From assembly GCF_965641715.1 (NCBI RefSeq), contig NZ_OZ282453.1: 64,000 nucleotides of DNA; one strand, written 5' to 3'. Positions 29,897 to 40,882 of the stretch are shown here, piece after piece. The notes below the pieces were generated by a model that saw only the letters and a list, made by a program, of their open reading frames with translations, was not told the DNA's origin and ran no database searches. The DNA comes from Escherichia coli. Lineage in GTDB: Bacteria > Pseudomonadota > Gammaproteobacteria > Enterobacterales > Enterobacteriaceae. The position numbers and the translations under genes are program-made. Every line of letters begins with the position of its first letter. Position 1 is the first letter of the stretch.

Positions 29897-30688
29897 TTAA
29901 CGGATTGAATATCCGCCATCAATGACTAATAGTTGTCCATTGACATAATCTGAAGCGGCACTGGCGAGAAACACCATTGCCCCCATAAGATCCTGTGCCC
30001 TTCCCCAGCGTTGAGCCGGTATACGCCCTTTTATTAACTCTTTTATTTTAGGGTTATTATAAATAATAGCGGTCATTTCACTCACATAATATCCTGGGGC
30101 GATACCATTAATCTGAATATTATATTCCGCAAAATCATCGGCATACGCTTTGGTCAGCCCCGCTAAAGCATGTTTAGTCGCCGCATACCCTGGCGACCAA
30201 CGTCCCCCATGAAATGACAATACGGAACACATATTAATAATTTTCCCTTTTCTTTGCGGGACAAATATATTCAATGCGGCCTGGCTCATATCGAATGCAG
30301 CATTCAGGTTGAGATTAATCATCGGATCCCAGTCGTTTCGATTGAAATCGATAGGACGATTAATGTTACACACGCCCGCGTTATTGACCAGAATATCTAA
30401 CTGACCGAAACGCTCCAGACACCTATTAATAATGGTGCATGATGCATCAGGTTTTGTTATGTCTATTGTCATAAACTCAACTTCAACGCCTTCATGAGTT
30501 AAAGGCTTCAAATATCTATTATCAGGCTCTTTGATGTCAACCAACAATAGATTAGCCCCTGCTTTGGCCAGAGCCGAGCATAAGCCTCTCCCCAGCTCAC
30601 CCGCGGCCCCAGTTACGATGGCCACCTTGTTATGTAATGAAAAAAAATCCAATGAAAAATCTTCAATAGAAAAGCTCATATCACACAT
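29897..30688 (-). CDS. Short-chain dehydrogenase/reductase family oxidoreductase (263 aa)
   Basis: VAIVTGAAGELGRG Rossmann motif, NNAG, catalytic Y-x3-K (YAATK). Confidence 0.8.
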   Translation of the reverse strand: MCDMSFSIEDFSLDFFSLHNKVAIVTGAAGELGRGLCSALAKAGANLLLVDIKEPDNRYLKPLTHEGVEVEFMTIDITKPDASCTIINRCLERFGQLDILVNNAGVCNINRPIDFNRNDWDPMINLNLNAAFDMSQAALNIFVPQRKGKIINMCSVLSFHGGRWSPGYAATKHALAGLTKAYADDFAEYNIQINGIAPGYYVSEMTAIIYNNPKIKELIKGRIPAQRWGRAQDLMGAMVFLASAASDYVNGQLLVIDGGYSIR

Positions 30689-31366
30689 TGCTCCTTATGA
30701 GTAAGTAATATTTAAGGGATAATTTAAGTAATTTTTAGATTTCAATAAAAAAATATAAACATTAAAAATCAGCATGAATAATAAACATCAAATCTTATAT
30801 ACATTTAAGTAGTGATGTATCACGTAAAAATATAGTCATCATAGATATTATGCAGTACGCACAAAAAAACAGACTGGATTTGCTTGCTGATCTATAATCT
30901 TTATCTAAATTACTATTGGCGCTTTGGATAATAACATAAGCATATATTACCTCCTAGCAATAATAGACATAACCTCATATCAAGGTGTCACTGGTAAATA
31001 ATCGGATAAAAGACAGTACCGGTCGGCACATAGAGCTTCTTCTATTTCACCAGAAGTGCACAGCAGGGAACTACCAATCACACGGTTAGTGTCATGGGTG
31101 GAGGATGCGTCCCGTTCTTTCCCTATAACGGGGATACGCAGTTTTTATCAGTACATGCAGAAAACCCCCTAATTCACATCACTGCAGAAAGCATTTAATA
31201 GAAATATACATCGTTTAAGAATTTCAATTAAATCAAGATTATTCTTAAAAATCAGATAATTCACATTTGCATTTTTAGGAAATTATACTATAGTGCACTT
31301 AATGTTCTTGCCTTTATTTTCTGAGTAATACTGGATTTGTAATACACAACTAAGGTATAAAATGTA

Positions 31367-32179
31367 ATGATCTACATTATAAATGATGAAGTAAGATTCA
31401 ACTCATCATCTAATAAGTTAACATCACTCCTTACATCAGAGGAAGTGATACTCACTTATCCTGCGGGAAAATGCTTAAAGTTACTTTTAGATAACGCTTA
31501 TAGTGTCGTATCGCATAATCAATTCTTTGAAAAAGTCTGGAGCGATAGCAGTGCCGATGTCGCAACCAACACTTTATATCAAAATATATCGATGATAAGA
31601 CGTTCTTTTCGCGAAATCAGCTCAGCGACGATATTTAATGATGTTATCAGAACGGTGCCCCGTAAAGGCTTCAAAATCAATGAAGAAATCAGCATAACTG
31701 TTCTCGACAATAATCATACTGAGAATGAAAGTGTTGAGAGTGAAGAGAATGGTACCCACACTGAAAATATAAATAAAAATCACATTGCAAAAGGTATATT
31801 TACCACAAAGAATACATTGCTTATAGTTTGTTTTTTTGCGGCATGGGGGATAGTGTATATATCTTCTTATTTTTTCGATATGGCTTTTCAAAGCAAATCC
31901 CACACTATAAAAAAAATAGATGCTTTCTCAAATTATGCTCAACACCCTACTCAGGAAGGATGCAGTTATTTCTATGATAATAAATACTTTAATTCCGTAG
32001 ACATGTTATCACCGATTATTGAAAAATTGCAGAAGATGGAAATTAACTGCAAAATACATCCTTACATTTACATTGCAACAAATGATAGCATGAGCGGATT
32101 TTATGCTTTCACCTGTAGTCAGATGTTAAACTCTGAATCACCAAATAATTGCAACTCTCTCTATTATAAAGCGGAGTAA
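31367..32179 (+). CDS. ToxR/CadC-like membrane-anchored transcriptional regulator (N-terminal winged-helix, one TM helix, Cys-containing periplasmic domain), 270 aa
   Basis: wHTH signature ...SHNQFFEKVWSDSSADVATNTLYQNISMIRRSF...TVPRKGFKI; TM segment LLIVCFFAAWGIVYISSYFF; periplasmic cysteines. Confidence 0.7.
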   Translation: MIYIINDEVRFNSSSNKLTSLLTSEEVILTYPAGKCLKLLLDNAYSVVSHNQFFEKVWSDSSADVATNTLYQNISMIRRSFREISSATIFNDVIRTVPRKGFKINEEISITVLDNNHTENESVESEENGTHTENINKNHIAKGIFTTKNTLLIVCFFAAWGIVYISSYFFDMAFQSKSHTIKKIDAFSNYAQHPTQEGCSYFYDNKYFNSVDMLSPIIEKLQKMEINCKIHPYIYIATNDSMSGFYAFTCSQMLNSESPNNCNSLYYKAE

Positions 32180-32183
32180 TCAT

Positions 32184-32675
32184 ATGACTCAAAGATATTT
32201 TCTGTTTGCGGGAATAATTTTATGTGCTTTTATTGCAGCAATTCTGAGCCATATTGCGTTTCATCATGCCAATGAACCAGCAGAGCAAAACATATCATGT
32301 AATGCCCATGTTATTAATTTCACCGATCATACAAAAATGGATCAATATTTTTCGTTAAATATGATTTCTGAAAATAACACAGGAAACATGTATCTCACGG
32401 GCGCATACACGGTAGATGGAAAAAAGATGGGCTTCATCCGCCGATATGTGAGTTTTACATACAAGAAATTCCGTGATACCGTTTACTTCACCACTGTTAA
32501 AATACAAAAAATACAAAAAGATGATAACATTAGTGATGAAATCCTTGAAAATATCACTTCTGATTTTTTCATAAAAGTAGACACCTCAATTAATTTTTAT
32601 GTTACACGTCAAAATGATTACAACTACGTATTCTCTACAGGCAGGACACCACGCTTCATATGTATTTCCCACTAA
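32184..32675 (+). CDS. ToxS-like small membrane partner (N-terminal TM helix plus periplasmic domain), 163 aa
   Basis: Single N-terminal TM (FLFAGIILCAFIAAILSHIAF), 5 bp downstream of the ToxR-like gene. Confidence 0.45.
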   Translation: MTQRYFLFAGIILCAFIAAILSHIAFHHANEPAEQNISCNAHVINFTDHTKMDQYFSLNMISENNTGNMYLTGAYTVDGKKMGFIRRYVSFTYKKFRDTVYFTTVKIQKIQKDDNISDEILENITSDFFIKVDTSINFYVTRQNDYNYVFSTGRTPRFICISH

Positions 32676-32776
32676 CAGCATTGTTGCTCCTGGCGTTTGT
32701 CACCAGTTAATAACCTTCTGATGGCTTTGTTTATATTTTAAGGCAATAAAAAACCATTCCAATATTGGTTAATTAT

Positions 32777-34291
32777 TTATCTGTTTACATACCATTGATA
32801 AAACTCTGTCGCTTTCATTGGTTTTGCATATAAGTATCCCTGAACTAATGTCACGTTATTATGAATAAGATATTCCGCCTGGTGAGAGGTACTGACACCT
32901 TCTGCAATCGTTATCAAATTGAGTCGATTACTCAGCTTAATAATAATATCTAAAACAGGCGTTTCGTCTTCCGCTGTAGTGAGCGTGTCTATAAAGCTTT
33001 TATCTATTTTAAGATAATCAACAGACAACTTTTGCAGAAGGCCAAGGGAACAATATCCCGTGCCAAAATCATCAACTGCAAATTCACAGCCATGGATCCT
33101 TAATTCATTTATTTTCTGTAATGCAAGATCAGTATCTTCAACCAGATTGCGTTCGGTAATCTCAAGAACAATGTTAAATTTATCAGATATTGCATTTTTA
33201 ATATGTAAAACATCAGCAACAAAATCAGGATGTGCAAGATGCTCCGCGGCAATATTTATCCCAAGGTGAAACGGCTTTTTCACTTTCCAGCTTTGTACAT
33301 CCTGAATAATCAGTTCAAAGAGATGCTTAGTTAACGGTATAATTAAATTTTCCTCTTCTGCAGCGCGGATAAAAACTACCGGAGATATATTTTTACCATC
33401 TTCGCGTTGCCAACGCATTAACGCCTCAACCCCCAGACACGCTTTGGTTGTCGTGTCACATACTGGTTGATAATGCACAGAAAATTCTCCGGATGACATT
33501 CCTTTCTTAATTTCTTCTGCCAGGGACATTTTCCGAGATATCCAGCGCTGCCATAAGAAGTACAGGATAAAAGAAAGAAGAATAGATAATGGAAGAATGT
33601 AAAATACATTACTAATGACATAGGGATATAATGAAATCATCGGCGTAGTAACTGTAAGACTAGCCTGACTGATCGCAGAATTAAAATCTTTTTTTAACAT
33701 ATATAACTTGTCATTATTATTTACACCACTAATAATTGCAGGCCCTTCAGTAAAGCTAAGAGAAAATGAATCATCATTCTCATCATCAAGAACATCCATC
33801 AGATCATAGATATATCGTGACTCTACAATACTAAAAGCTGTCATATCATTCCCTATTGGCATAAGGAACACTATGGCTGTTTTACCTGGTACAAAACTTG
33901 TACCGCTAATTGATACTATGCGTGATTCTTTATTTTTATTGTGAAAGCTCGTACCGTAAACATCGTTAACATTCATTTTTTTGAAACCGCTAACTGAAGA
34001 ACATATTTGGAAATTATTTTCTATAAGACCCGTTGTTCGAACATAGGGGGTCAATGCTCCGTTAGCAATCAATTGTTCCAGGATATCTTTGCAGGGTTTC
34101 ATCACCAGAATAGAAGTAAGCTTTGTCGTATGTTTGACAATTTGCGTAACATTATCAAGCTGTTTTAACAGAATACCGGCGGTAATTGTCGTATCTCTAT
34201 TCATTTGAAATATTGACATAGCAAACGATAGTAACACCCCCAGAATGCCTGGTATTATAATGAGTACAAACATTTTTTTGTTGAATACCAT
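32777..34291 (-). CDS. Membrane-anchored sensor c-di-GMP phosphodiesterase (periplasmic sensor region, TM helix, EAL domain)
   Basis: EAL motif EALMRWQ in C-terminal domain; N-terminal TM plus periplasmic region; ORF extends to 34387, start chosen at MVFNKKMFVLIII. May correspond to the EHEC vmpA-type PDE, unverified. Confidence 0.75.
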   Translation of the reverse strand: MVFNKKMFVLIIIPGILGVLLSFAMSIFQMNRDTTITAGILLKQLDNVTQIVKHTTKLTSILVMKPCKDILEQLIANGALTPYVRTTGLIENNFQICSSVSGFKKMNVNDVYGTSFHNKNKESRIVSISGTSFVPGKTAIVFLMPIGNDMTAFSIVESRYIYDLMDVLDDENDDSFSLSFTEGPAIISGVNNNDKLYMLKKDFNSAISQASLTVTTPMISLYPYVISNVFYILPLSILLSFILYFLWQRWISRKMSLAEEIKKGMSSGEFSVHYQPVCDTTTKACLGVEALMRWQREDGKNISPVVFIRAAEEENLIIPLTKHLFELIIQDVQSWKVKKPFHLGINIAAEHLAHPDFVADVLHIKNAISDKFNIVLEITERNLVEDTDLALQKINELRIHGCEFAVDDFGTGYCSLGLLQKLSVDYLKIDKSFIDTLTTAEDETPVLDIIIKLSNRLNLITIAEGVSTSHQAEYLIHNNVTLVQGYLYAKPMKATEFYQWYVNR

Positions 34292-34484
34292 ACATGTTTC
34301 CCCACGCATCAGGGTGATGCAACCTAAGAAATTATAGTACAATTGCCAGTAAAAGCGGGTGATAGCAGACTGATCAATGATAAGCATTTAAGATCATATA
34401 GTACTATGATATTTCTGAAAATTGTTACGCATGTCTGCGAATAGCTATTTAGCGCTTACCAAAATCACCCGCTAAAATGCCGCT

Positions 34485-35843
34485 TTATGGTGACTCACAA
34501 AAATTCACCACATCCCTCACAACCACCTTATTACGCCCGGTCTCTTTCGCCTCGTATAGTGCGTTATCAGCCAGTCGATAGATCTCATTCGGGTTTAACG
34601 CATTTTCCTGAGTCACAACAGCGCCAATACTAATCGTCACTTTTTGTGGTATGGCGTATTCAGGATTATCACCAGTTAAACGCTCAACATTTTCCCGAAT
34701 CCTTTCCGCTAAAGCTTTCGCACGTTCAGTATCGATGTCCGTCAGCAAGACGCCAAACTCTTCGCCGCCGACGCGCGCAAAAAGGTCATCTGGCCGTATG
34801 CTTTTCCCAATGATATTCACCACTGTTTTTATCACCTGATCGCCAATCGGATGCCCCCAGGTGTCGTTGACTTTTTTGAAGTGGTCGATATCCATAATCA
34901 TGACGCAATAAGGCGTTTTTTTGGCCGATGCTGATTGAACCGTCAGTTCATTAAAAAAATAATTTCTGTTAAATATATTGGTTAAGGGATCGCGATGTGC
35001 AATGTCCTTTGTTACTCGTAGCGCACTGAATATATGGCACATAAATATTACCATAACGGTTAACTTACTGACTACTTCAATAGTGCGACTAATATACCAA
35101 ATGGACACGCTATACCTGCTCATAAATAAAAGAGAGACATTGTACAGTACGGCACAAAAAGCAATCACTGTCACTCCATTCCAGATATCATAGCGTAAAC
35201 CATTAAAGTATAGATTAACCGAAAGCAAGGTTAACCACATGAAAATCATTATGGTAACATATGAAGCTTTCCAAACCACTTGACCATTTTCATTGGTTAA
35301 CTCGGCAATGTGTAAATCGTAGCTCTCATAATGGCTAGAAAGTATGTGAGCAACTATCGGCCCCCCAAGAACAAAAAACAAACTTATGCACAAAGTCATT
35401 TTTTTGGAAAATAAATTGCGCTGTTTTGTGTTTTCACTAACTTTATTCACCAATGCCAGAAATATTAATATGCACAAACTCATCTGACGAAACAAATAAT
35501 AAATTGCAATGTCATTTTGAACAACACTGCTTGTCAAACGCCCCTCAATCATTTGCTGAATGATAATGACGGTTTTAACAAAGTAAATCAAACAACTCAG
35601 AAAAGCCAAACTAAGTATACAGTTTGAAAATTGCCTACGGTCATAAATGAAATACAACTGCATAAAAATAAATGCAACAGTATCGATAAAAAATAAAGCA
35701 ATCATTACCATCAGATAGGTTGATCGTGGAACAACTTCCTCAACGCCTGGCTGATTAAACCAACTATTCACCAAAACCAAAGCAAGCCCAAACAATAAGC
35801 TCACTAAGACAGTACTACTAATTCTCAAATAGTCTTTTTCCAT
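34485..35843 (-). CDS. dgcT: Diguanylate cyclase DgcT/YcdT (membrane domain plus GGDEF)
   Basis: Starts MEKDYLRISSTVLVS (ORF extends upstream to 35966); GGEEF active site RVGGEEFGVLL; divergent from pgaA as in the known locus. Confidence 0.85.
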   Translation of the reverse strand: MEKDYLRISSTVLVSLLFGLALVLVNSWFNQPGVEEVVPRSTYLMVMIALFFIDTVAFIFMQLYFIYDRRQFSNCILSLAFLSCLIYFVKTVIIIQQMIEGRLTSSVVQNDIAIYYLFRQMSLCILIFLALVNKVSENTKQRNLFSKKMTLCISLFFVLGGPIVAHILSSHYESYDLHIAELTNENGQVVWKASYVTIMIFMWLTLLSVNLYFNGLRYDIWNGVTVIAFCAVLYNVSLLFMSRYSVSIWYISRTIEVVSKLTVMVIFMCHIFSALRVTKDIAHRDPLTNIFNRNYFFNELTVQSASAKKTPYCVMIMDIDHFKKVNDTWGHPIGDQVIKTVVNIIGKSIRPDDLFARVGGEEFGVLLTDIDTERAKALAERIRENVERLTGDNPEYAIPQKVTISIGAVVTQENALNPNEIYRLADNALYEAKETGRNKVVVRDVVNFCESP

Positions 35844-36197
35844 AAAGCTACACCAACCTGTAGGTTGTAGATCCCTTTCTATTATTAATAGATATAAGAA
35901 CTCTACAGTTGTCAATATGAAAACCCACTCACAAACAATACCGATGATGATAGTTGCAGACCGCAATTATTATTACCTTAGTGCTTTATACATTCTTTGC
36001 GACAAGACAGGCTTGTAAATATTTATAAATGGTTATAAGGAAATCCTTATAAAACATTCATTCATAGATATATTAGGAATAACAATTGAATCCGTGAGTA
36101 CAGTAACGCTGCATTTCATCAGGACTTTCGAAAAATCCGAAATCATGCATCGGAATTTACTGATTTAATTATTTTACTCCTAATTTATTTTGAAAAA

Positions 36198-36431
36198 GGC
36201 ATTGGGATTTATGCCGTATTCCTGAAGATCCTCATCATTGGAATGGATTTTCGGGCGAGAAAAGGATTTTATATGGACACTCTGCTCATCATTTCTTCTT
36301 CTCATCATCAACAATTCACGTCTCTCTTCCGCGTTTAATAACGGATTATGAGGTGCAAAAAATATCTTTCTTTTCAGTTACCTGTCATTAGATACAGAGA
36401 GAGATTTTGGCAATACATGGAGTAATACAGG
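36198..36431 (+). promoter_or_regulatory. pgaA long 5' leader with CsrA-binding GGA motifs overlapping the ribosome-binding site
   Basis: GGA motifs at ...acatGGAgtaatacaGGAtg... directly before the start codon; leader length from established knowledge of pgaABCD regulation; the 5' boundary is approximate. Confidence 0.5.
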
Positions 36432-38855
36432 ATGTATTCAAGTAGCAGAAAAAGGTGCCCGCAAACCAAATGGGCTTTGAAAATTCTTACTGCCGCATTT
36501 TTAGCAGCGAGTCCCGCGGCGAAGAGTGCCGTTAATAACGCCTATGATGCATTGATTATTGAAGCTCGCAAGGGAAATACTCAGCCAGCTTTGTTATGGT
36601 TTGCACAAAAATCAGCACTCAGTAATAACCAAATTGCTGACTGGTTACAGATTGCCTTATGGGCCGGGCAAGATAAACAGGTTATTACCGTTTACAACCG
36701 CTATCATTATCAGCAATTACCAGCGCGTGGTTATGCAGCTGTCGCCGTCGCTTATCGTAACCTGCAACAATGGCAAAACTCGCTTACACTGTGGCAAAAG
36801 GCGCTCTCTCTGGAGCCGCAAAATAAGGATTATCAACGGGGACAAATTTTAACCCTGGCAGATGCGGGTCACTATGATACTGCGCTGGTTAAACTTAAGC
36901 AGCTTAACTCTGGAGCACCGGACAAAGCCAATTTACTCGCAGAAGCCTATATCTATAAACTGGCAGGGCGTCATCAGGATGAATTACGGGCGATGACAGA
37001 GTCATTACCTGAAAATGCATCTACGCAACAATATCCCACAGAATACGTGCAGGCATTACGTAATAATCAACTTGCTGCCGCGATTGACGATGCCAATTTA
37101 ACGCCAGATATTCGCGCTGATATTCATGCCGAACTGGTCAGACTGTCGTTTATGCCTACGCGCAGTGAAAGTGAACGTTATGCCATTGCCGATCGCGCCC
37201 TCGCCCAATACGCTGCATTAGAAATTCTGTGGCATGATAACCCTGACCGCACTGCCCAGTACCAGCGTATTCAGGTTGATCATCTTGGCGCGTTATTAAC
37301 TCGCGATCGTTATAAAGACGTTATTTCTCACTATCAGCGTTTAAAAAAGACGGGGCAAATTATTCCGCCCTGGGCGCAATATTGGGTTGCGTCGGCTTAT
37401 CTCAAAGAACATCAGCCAAAAAAAGCACAGTCAATAATGACAGAGCTCTTTTATCACAAGGAGACCATTGCCCCGGATTTATCCGATGAAGAACTTGCGG
37501 ATCTCTTTTACAGCCACCTGGAGAGTGAAAATTATCCGGGCGCGCTAACTGTCACCCAACATACCATTAATACTTCGCCGCCTTTCCTTCGGTTAATGGG
37601 CACGCCTACGAGCATCCCGAATGATACCTGGTTACAGGGGCATTCGTTTCTCTCAACCGTAGCAAAATATAGTAATGATCTTCCTCAGGCTGAAATGACA
37701 GCCAGAGAGCTTGCTTATAACGCACCAGGAAATCAGGGACTGCGCATTGATTATGCGAGTGTGTTACAAGCCCGCGGTTGGCCTCGTGCAGCAGAAAATG
37801 AATTAAAAAAAGCAGAAGTGATCGAGCCACGTAATATTAATCTGGAGGTTGAACAAGCCTGGACAGCATTAACGTTACAAGAATGGCAGCAGGCAGCGGT
37901 CTTAACGCACGATGTTGTCGAACGTGAACCGCAAGATCCCGGCGTTGTACGATTAAAACGTGCGGTTGATGTACATAATCTTGCAGAGCTTCGTATCGCT
38001 GGCTCAACAGGAATTGATGCCGAAGGTCCGGATAGTGGCAAACATGATGTCGACTTAACCACCATCGTTTATTCACCACCGCTGAAGGATAACTGGCGCG
38101 GTTTTGCTGGATTCGGTTATGCCGATGGACAATTTAGCGAAGGAAAAGGGATTGTTCGCGACTGGCTTGCGGGTGTTGAGTGGCGGTCACGTAATATCTG
38201 GCTCGAGGCGGAGTACGCTGAACGCTTTTTCAATCATGAGCATAAACCCGGCGCGCGCCTGTCTGGCTGGTATGATTTTAATGATAACTGGCGTATTGGT
38301 TCGCAACTGGAACGCCTCTCTCACCGCGTTCCATTACGGGCAATGAAAAATGGTGTTACAGGCAACAGTGCACAGGCTTATGTTCGTTGGTATCAGAATG
38401 AGCGGCGTAAGTACGGTGTCTCCTGGGCTTTCACTGATTTTTCCGACAGTAACCAGCGTCATGAAGTCTCACTTGAGGGTCAGGAACGCATCTGGTCTTC
38501 ACCATATTTGATTGTCGATTTCCTCCCCAATCTGTATTACGAACAAAATACAGAACACGACACCCCATACTACAACCCTATAAAAACGTTCGATATTGTT
38601 CCGGCATTTGAGGCAAGCCATTTGTTATGGCGAAGCTATGAAAATAGCTGGGAGCAAATCTTCAGCGCAGGTGTTGGTGCCTCCTGGCAAAAACATTATG
38701 GCACGGATGTCGTCACCCAACTCGGCTACGGGCAACGCATTAGCTGGAATGACGTGATTGATGCTGGCGCAACGCTACGCTGGGAAAAACGACCTTATGA
38801 CGGTGACAGAGAACACAACTTATACGTTGAAATCGATATGACATTCAGATTTTAA
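36432..38855 (+). CDS. pgaA: PGA (poly-beta-1,6-N-acetylglucosamine) outer-membrane export porin
   Basis: 807 aa; MYSSSRKRCP... N-terminus and TPR-then-barrel architecture; recognised as PgaA. Confidence 0.9.
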   Translation: MYSSSRKRCPQTKWALKILTAAFLAASPAAKSAVNNAYDALIIEARKGNTQPALLWFAQKSALSNNQIADWLQIALWAGQDKQVITVYNRYHYQQLPARGYAAVAVAYRNLQQWQNSLTLWQKALSLEPQNKDYQRGQILTLADAGHYDTALVKLKQLNSGAPDKANLLAEAYIYKLAGRHQDELRAMTESLPENASTQQYPTEYVQALRNNQLAAAIDDANLTPDIRADIHAELVRLSFMPTRSESERYAIADRALAQYAALEILWHDNPDRTAQYQRIQVDHLGALLTRDRYKDVISHYQRLKKTGQIIPPWAQYWVASAYLKEHQPKKAQSIMTELFYHKETIAPDLSDEELADLFYSHLESENYPGALTVTQHTINTSPPFLRLMGTPTSIPNDTWLQGHSFLSTVAKYSNDLPQAEMTARELAYNAPGNQGLRIDYASVLQARGWPRAAENELKKAEVIEPRNINLEVEQAWTALTLQEWQQAAVLTHDVVEREPQDPGVVRLKRAVDVHNLAELRIAGSTGIDAEGPDSGKHDVDLTTIVYSPPLKDNWRGFAGFGYADGQFSEGKGIVRDWLAGVEWRSRNIWLEAEYAERFFNHEHKPGARLSGWYDFNDNWRIGSQLERLSHRVPLRAMKNGVTGNSAQAYVRWYQNERRKYGVSWAFTDFSDSNQRHEVSLEGQERIWSSPYLIVDFLPNLYYEQNTEHDTPYYNPIKTFDIVPAFEASHLLWRSYENSWEQIFSAGVGASWQKHYGTDVVTQLGYGQRISWNDVIDAGATLRWEKRPYDGDREHNLYVEIDMTFRF

Positions 38856-38863
38856 GGATAAAT

Positions 38864-40882
38864 ATGTTACGTAATGGAAATAAATATCTCCTGATGCTGG
38901 TGAGTATAATTATGCTCACCGCGTGCATTAGCCAGTCAAGAACATCATTTATACCGCCACAGGATCGCGAATCTTTACTCGCCGAGCAACCGTGGCCGCA
39001 TAATGGTTTTGTAGCGATTTCATGGCATAACGTTGAAGACGAAGCTGCCGACCAGCGTTTTATGTCAGTGCGGACATCAGCACTGCGTGAACAATTTGCC
39101 TGGCTGCGCGAGAACGGTTATCAACCGGTCAGTATTGCTCAAATTCGTGAAGCACATCGAGGAGGAAAACCGCTACCGGAAAAAGCTGTAGTGCTGACTT
39201 TTGATGACGGCTACCAGAGTTTTTATACCCGCGTCTTCCCAATTCTTCAGGCCTTCCAGTGGCCTGCTGTATGGGCCCCCGTCGGCAGTTGGGTCGATAC
39301 GCCAGCGGATAAACAAGTAAAATTTGGCGATGAGATGGTCGATCGAGAATATTTTGCCACGTGGCAACAAGTGCGAGAAGTTGCGCGTTCCCGGCTCGTT
39401 GAGGTCGCTTCTCATACATGGAATTCTCACTACGGTATTCAGGCTAATGCCACCGGCAGCTTATTGCCTGTATATGTAAATCGTGCATATTTTACTGACC
39501 ACGCACGGTATGAAACCGCAGCAGAATACCGGGAAAGAATTCGTCTGGATGCTGTAAAAATGACGGAATACCTGCGTACAAAGGTTGAGGTAAATCCACA
39601 CGTTTTTGTTTGGCCTTATGGCGAAGCGAATGGCATAGCGATAGAGGAATTAAAAAAACTCGGTTATGACATGTTCTTCACCCTTGAATCAGGTTTGGCA
39701 AATGCGTCGCAATTGGATTCCATTCCGCGAGTATTAATCGCCAATAATCCCTCATTAAAAGAGTTTGCCCAGCAAATTATTACCGTACAAGAAAAATCAC
39801 CACAACGGATAATGCATATCGATCTTGATTACGTTTATGACGAAAACCTCCAGCAAATGGATCGCAATATTGATGTGCTAATTCAGCGGGTGAAAGATAT
39901 GCAAATATCAACCGTGTATTTGCAGGCATTTGCTGATCCCGATGGTGATGGGCTGGTCAAAGAGGTCTGGTTTCCAAATCGTTTGCTACCAATGAAAGCA
40001 GATATTTTTAGTCGGGTTGCCTGGCAATTACGTACCCGCTCAGGTGTAAACATCTATGCGTGGATGCCGGTATTAAGCTGGGATTTAGATCTCACATTAA
40101 CGCGAGTAAAATACTTACCAACAGGAGAGAAAAAAGCACAAATTCATCCTGAACAATATCGCCGTCTCTCTCCTTTCGATGACAGGGTCAGAGCACAAGT
40201 TGGCATGTTATATGAAGATCTTGCCGGACATGCTGCTTTTGATGGCCTATTGTTCCACGATGATGCTTTGCTTTCAGATTATGAAGATGCCAGTGCACCG
40301 GCTATCGCGGCTTATCAGCAAGCAGGCTTTAGCGGGAGTCTGAGCGAAATTCGACAAAACCCGGAGCAATTTAAACAGTGGACCCGCTTTAAAAGTCGTG
40401 CGTTAACTGACTTCACTTTAGAACTTAGTGCGCGCGTAAAAGCCATTCGTGGTCCACATGTTAAAACTGCACGAAATATTTTTGTACTTCCGGTAACACA
40501 ACCTGAAAGTGAAGCCTGGTTTGCACAGAATTATGCTGATTTCCTAAAAAGCTATGACTGGACTGCTATTATGGCTATGCCTTATATGGAAGGTGTCGCA
40601 GAAAAATCGGCTGATCAATGGTTAATACAACTGATCAATCAGATTAAAAGCATCCCTCAGGCTAAAGACAAATCTATTTTAGAATTACAGGCACAAAACT
40701 GGCAGAAAAATGGTCAGCATCAGGCTATTTCTTCGCAACAACTCGCTCACTGGATGAGCCTATTACAACTGAATGGAGTGAAAAACTATGGTTATTATCC
40801 CGACAATTTTCTGCATAACCAACCTGAAATAGACGTTATTCGTCCTGAGTTTTCAACAGCCTGGTATCCGAAAAATGATTAA
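38864..40882 (+). CDS. pgaB: PGA N-deacetylase lipoprotein
   Basis: 672 aa; lipoprotein signal (LTACISQ); polysaccharide deacetylase domain; gene order. Confidence 0.9.
   Translation: MLRNGNKYLLMLVSIIMLTACISQSRTSFIPPQDRESLLAEQPWPHNGFVAISWHNVEDEAADQRFMSVRTSALREQFAWLRENGYQPVSIAQIREAHRGGKPLPEKAVVLTFDDGYQSFYTRVFPILQAFQWPAVWAPVGSWVDTPADKQVKFGDEMVDREYFATWQQVREVARSRLVEVASHTWNSHYGIQANATGSLLPVYVNRAYFTDHARYETAAEYRERIRLDAVKMTEYLRTKVEVNPHVFVWPYGEANGIAIEELKKLGYDMFFTLESGLANASQLDSIPRVLIANNPSLKEFAQQIITVQEKSPQRIMHIDLDYVYDENLQQMDRNIDVLIQRVKDMQISTVYLQAFADPDGDGLVKEVWFPNRLLPMKADIFSRVAWQLRTRSGVNIYAWMPVLSWDLDLTLTRVKYLPTGEKKAQIHPEQYRRLSPFDDRVRAQVGMLYEDLAGHAAFDGLLFHDDALLSDYEDASAPAIAAYQQAGFSGSLSEIRQNPEQFKQWTRFKSRALTDFTLELSARVKAIRGPHVKTARNIFVLPVTQPESEAWFAQNYADFLKSYDWTAIMAMPYMEGVAEKSADQWLIQLINQIKSIPQAKDKSILELQAQNWQKNGQHQAISSQQLAHWMSLLQLNGVKNYGYYPDNFLHNQPEIDVIRPEFSTAWYPKND

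Noticed and set aside
30689-31366. Possible small RNA or ORF in the AT-rich gap between the SDR gene and the ToxR-like gene
   Set aside because: No ORF of 60 aa or more, and no hairpin-terminator pair I could define confidently; probably promoter DNA for the divergent genes.
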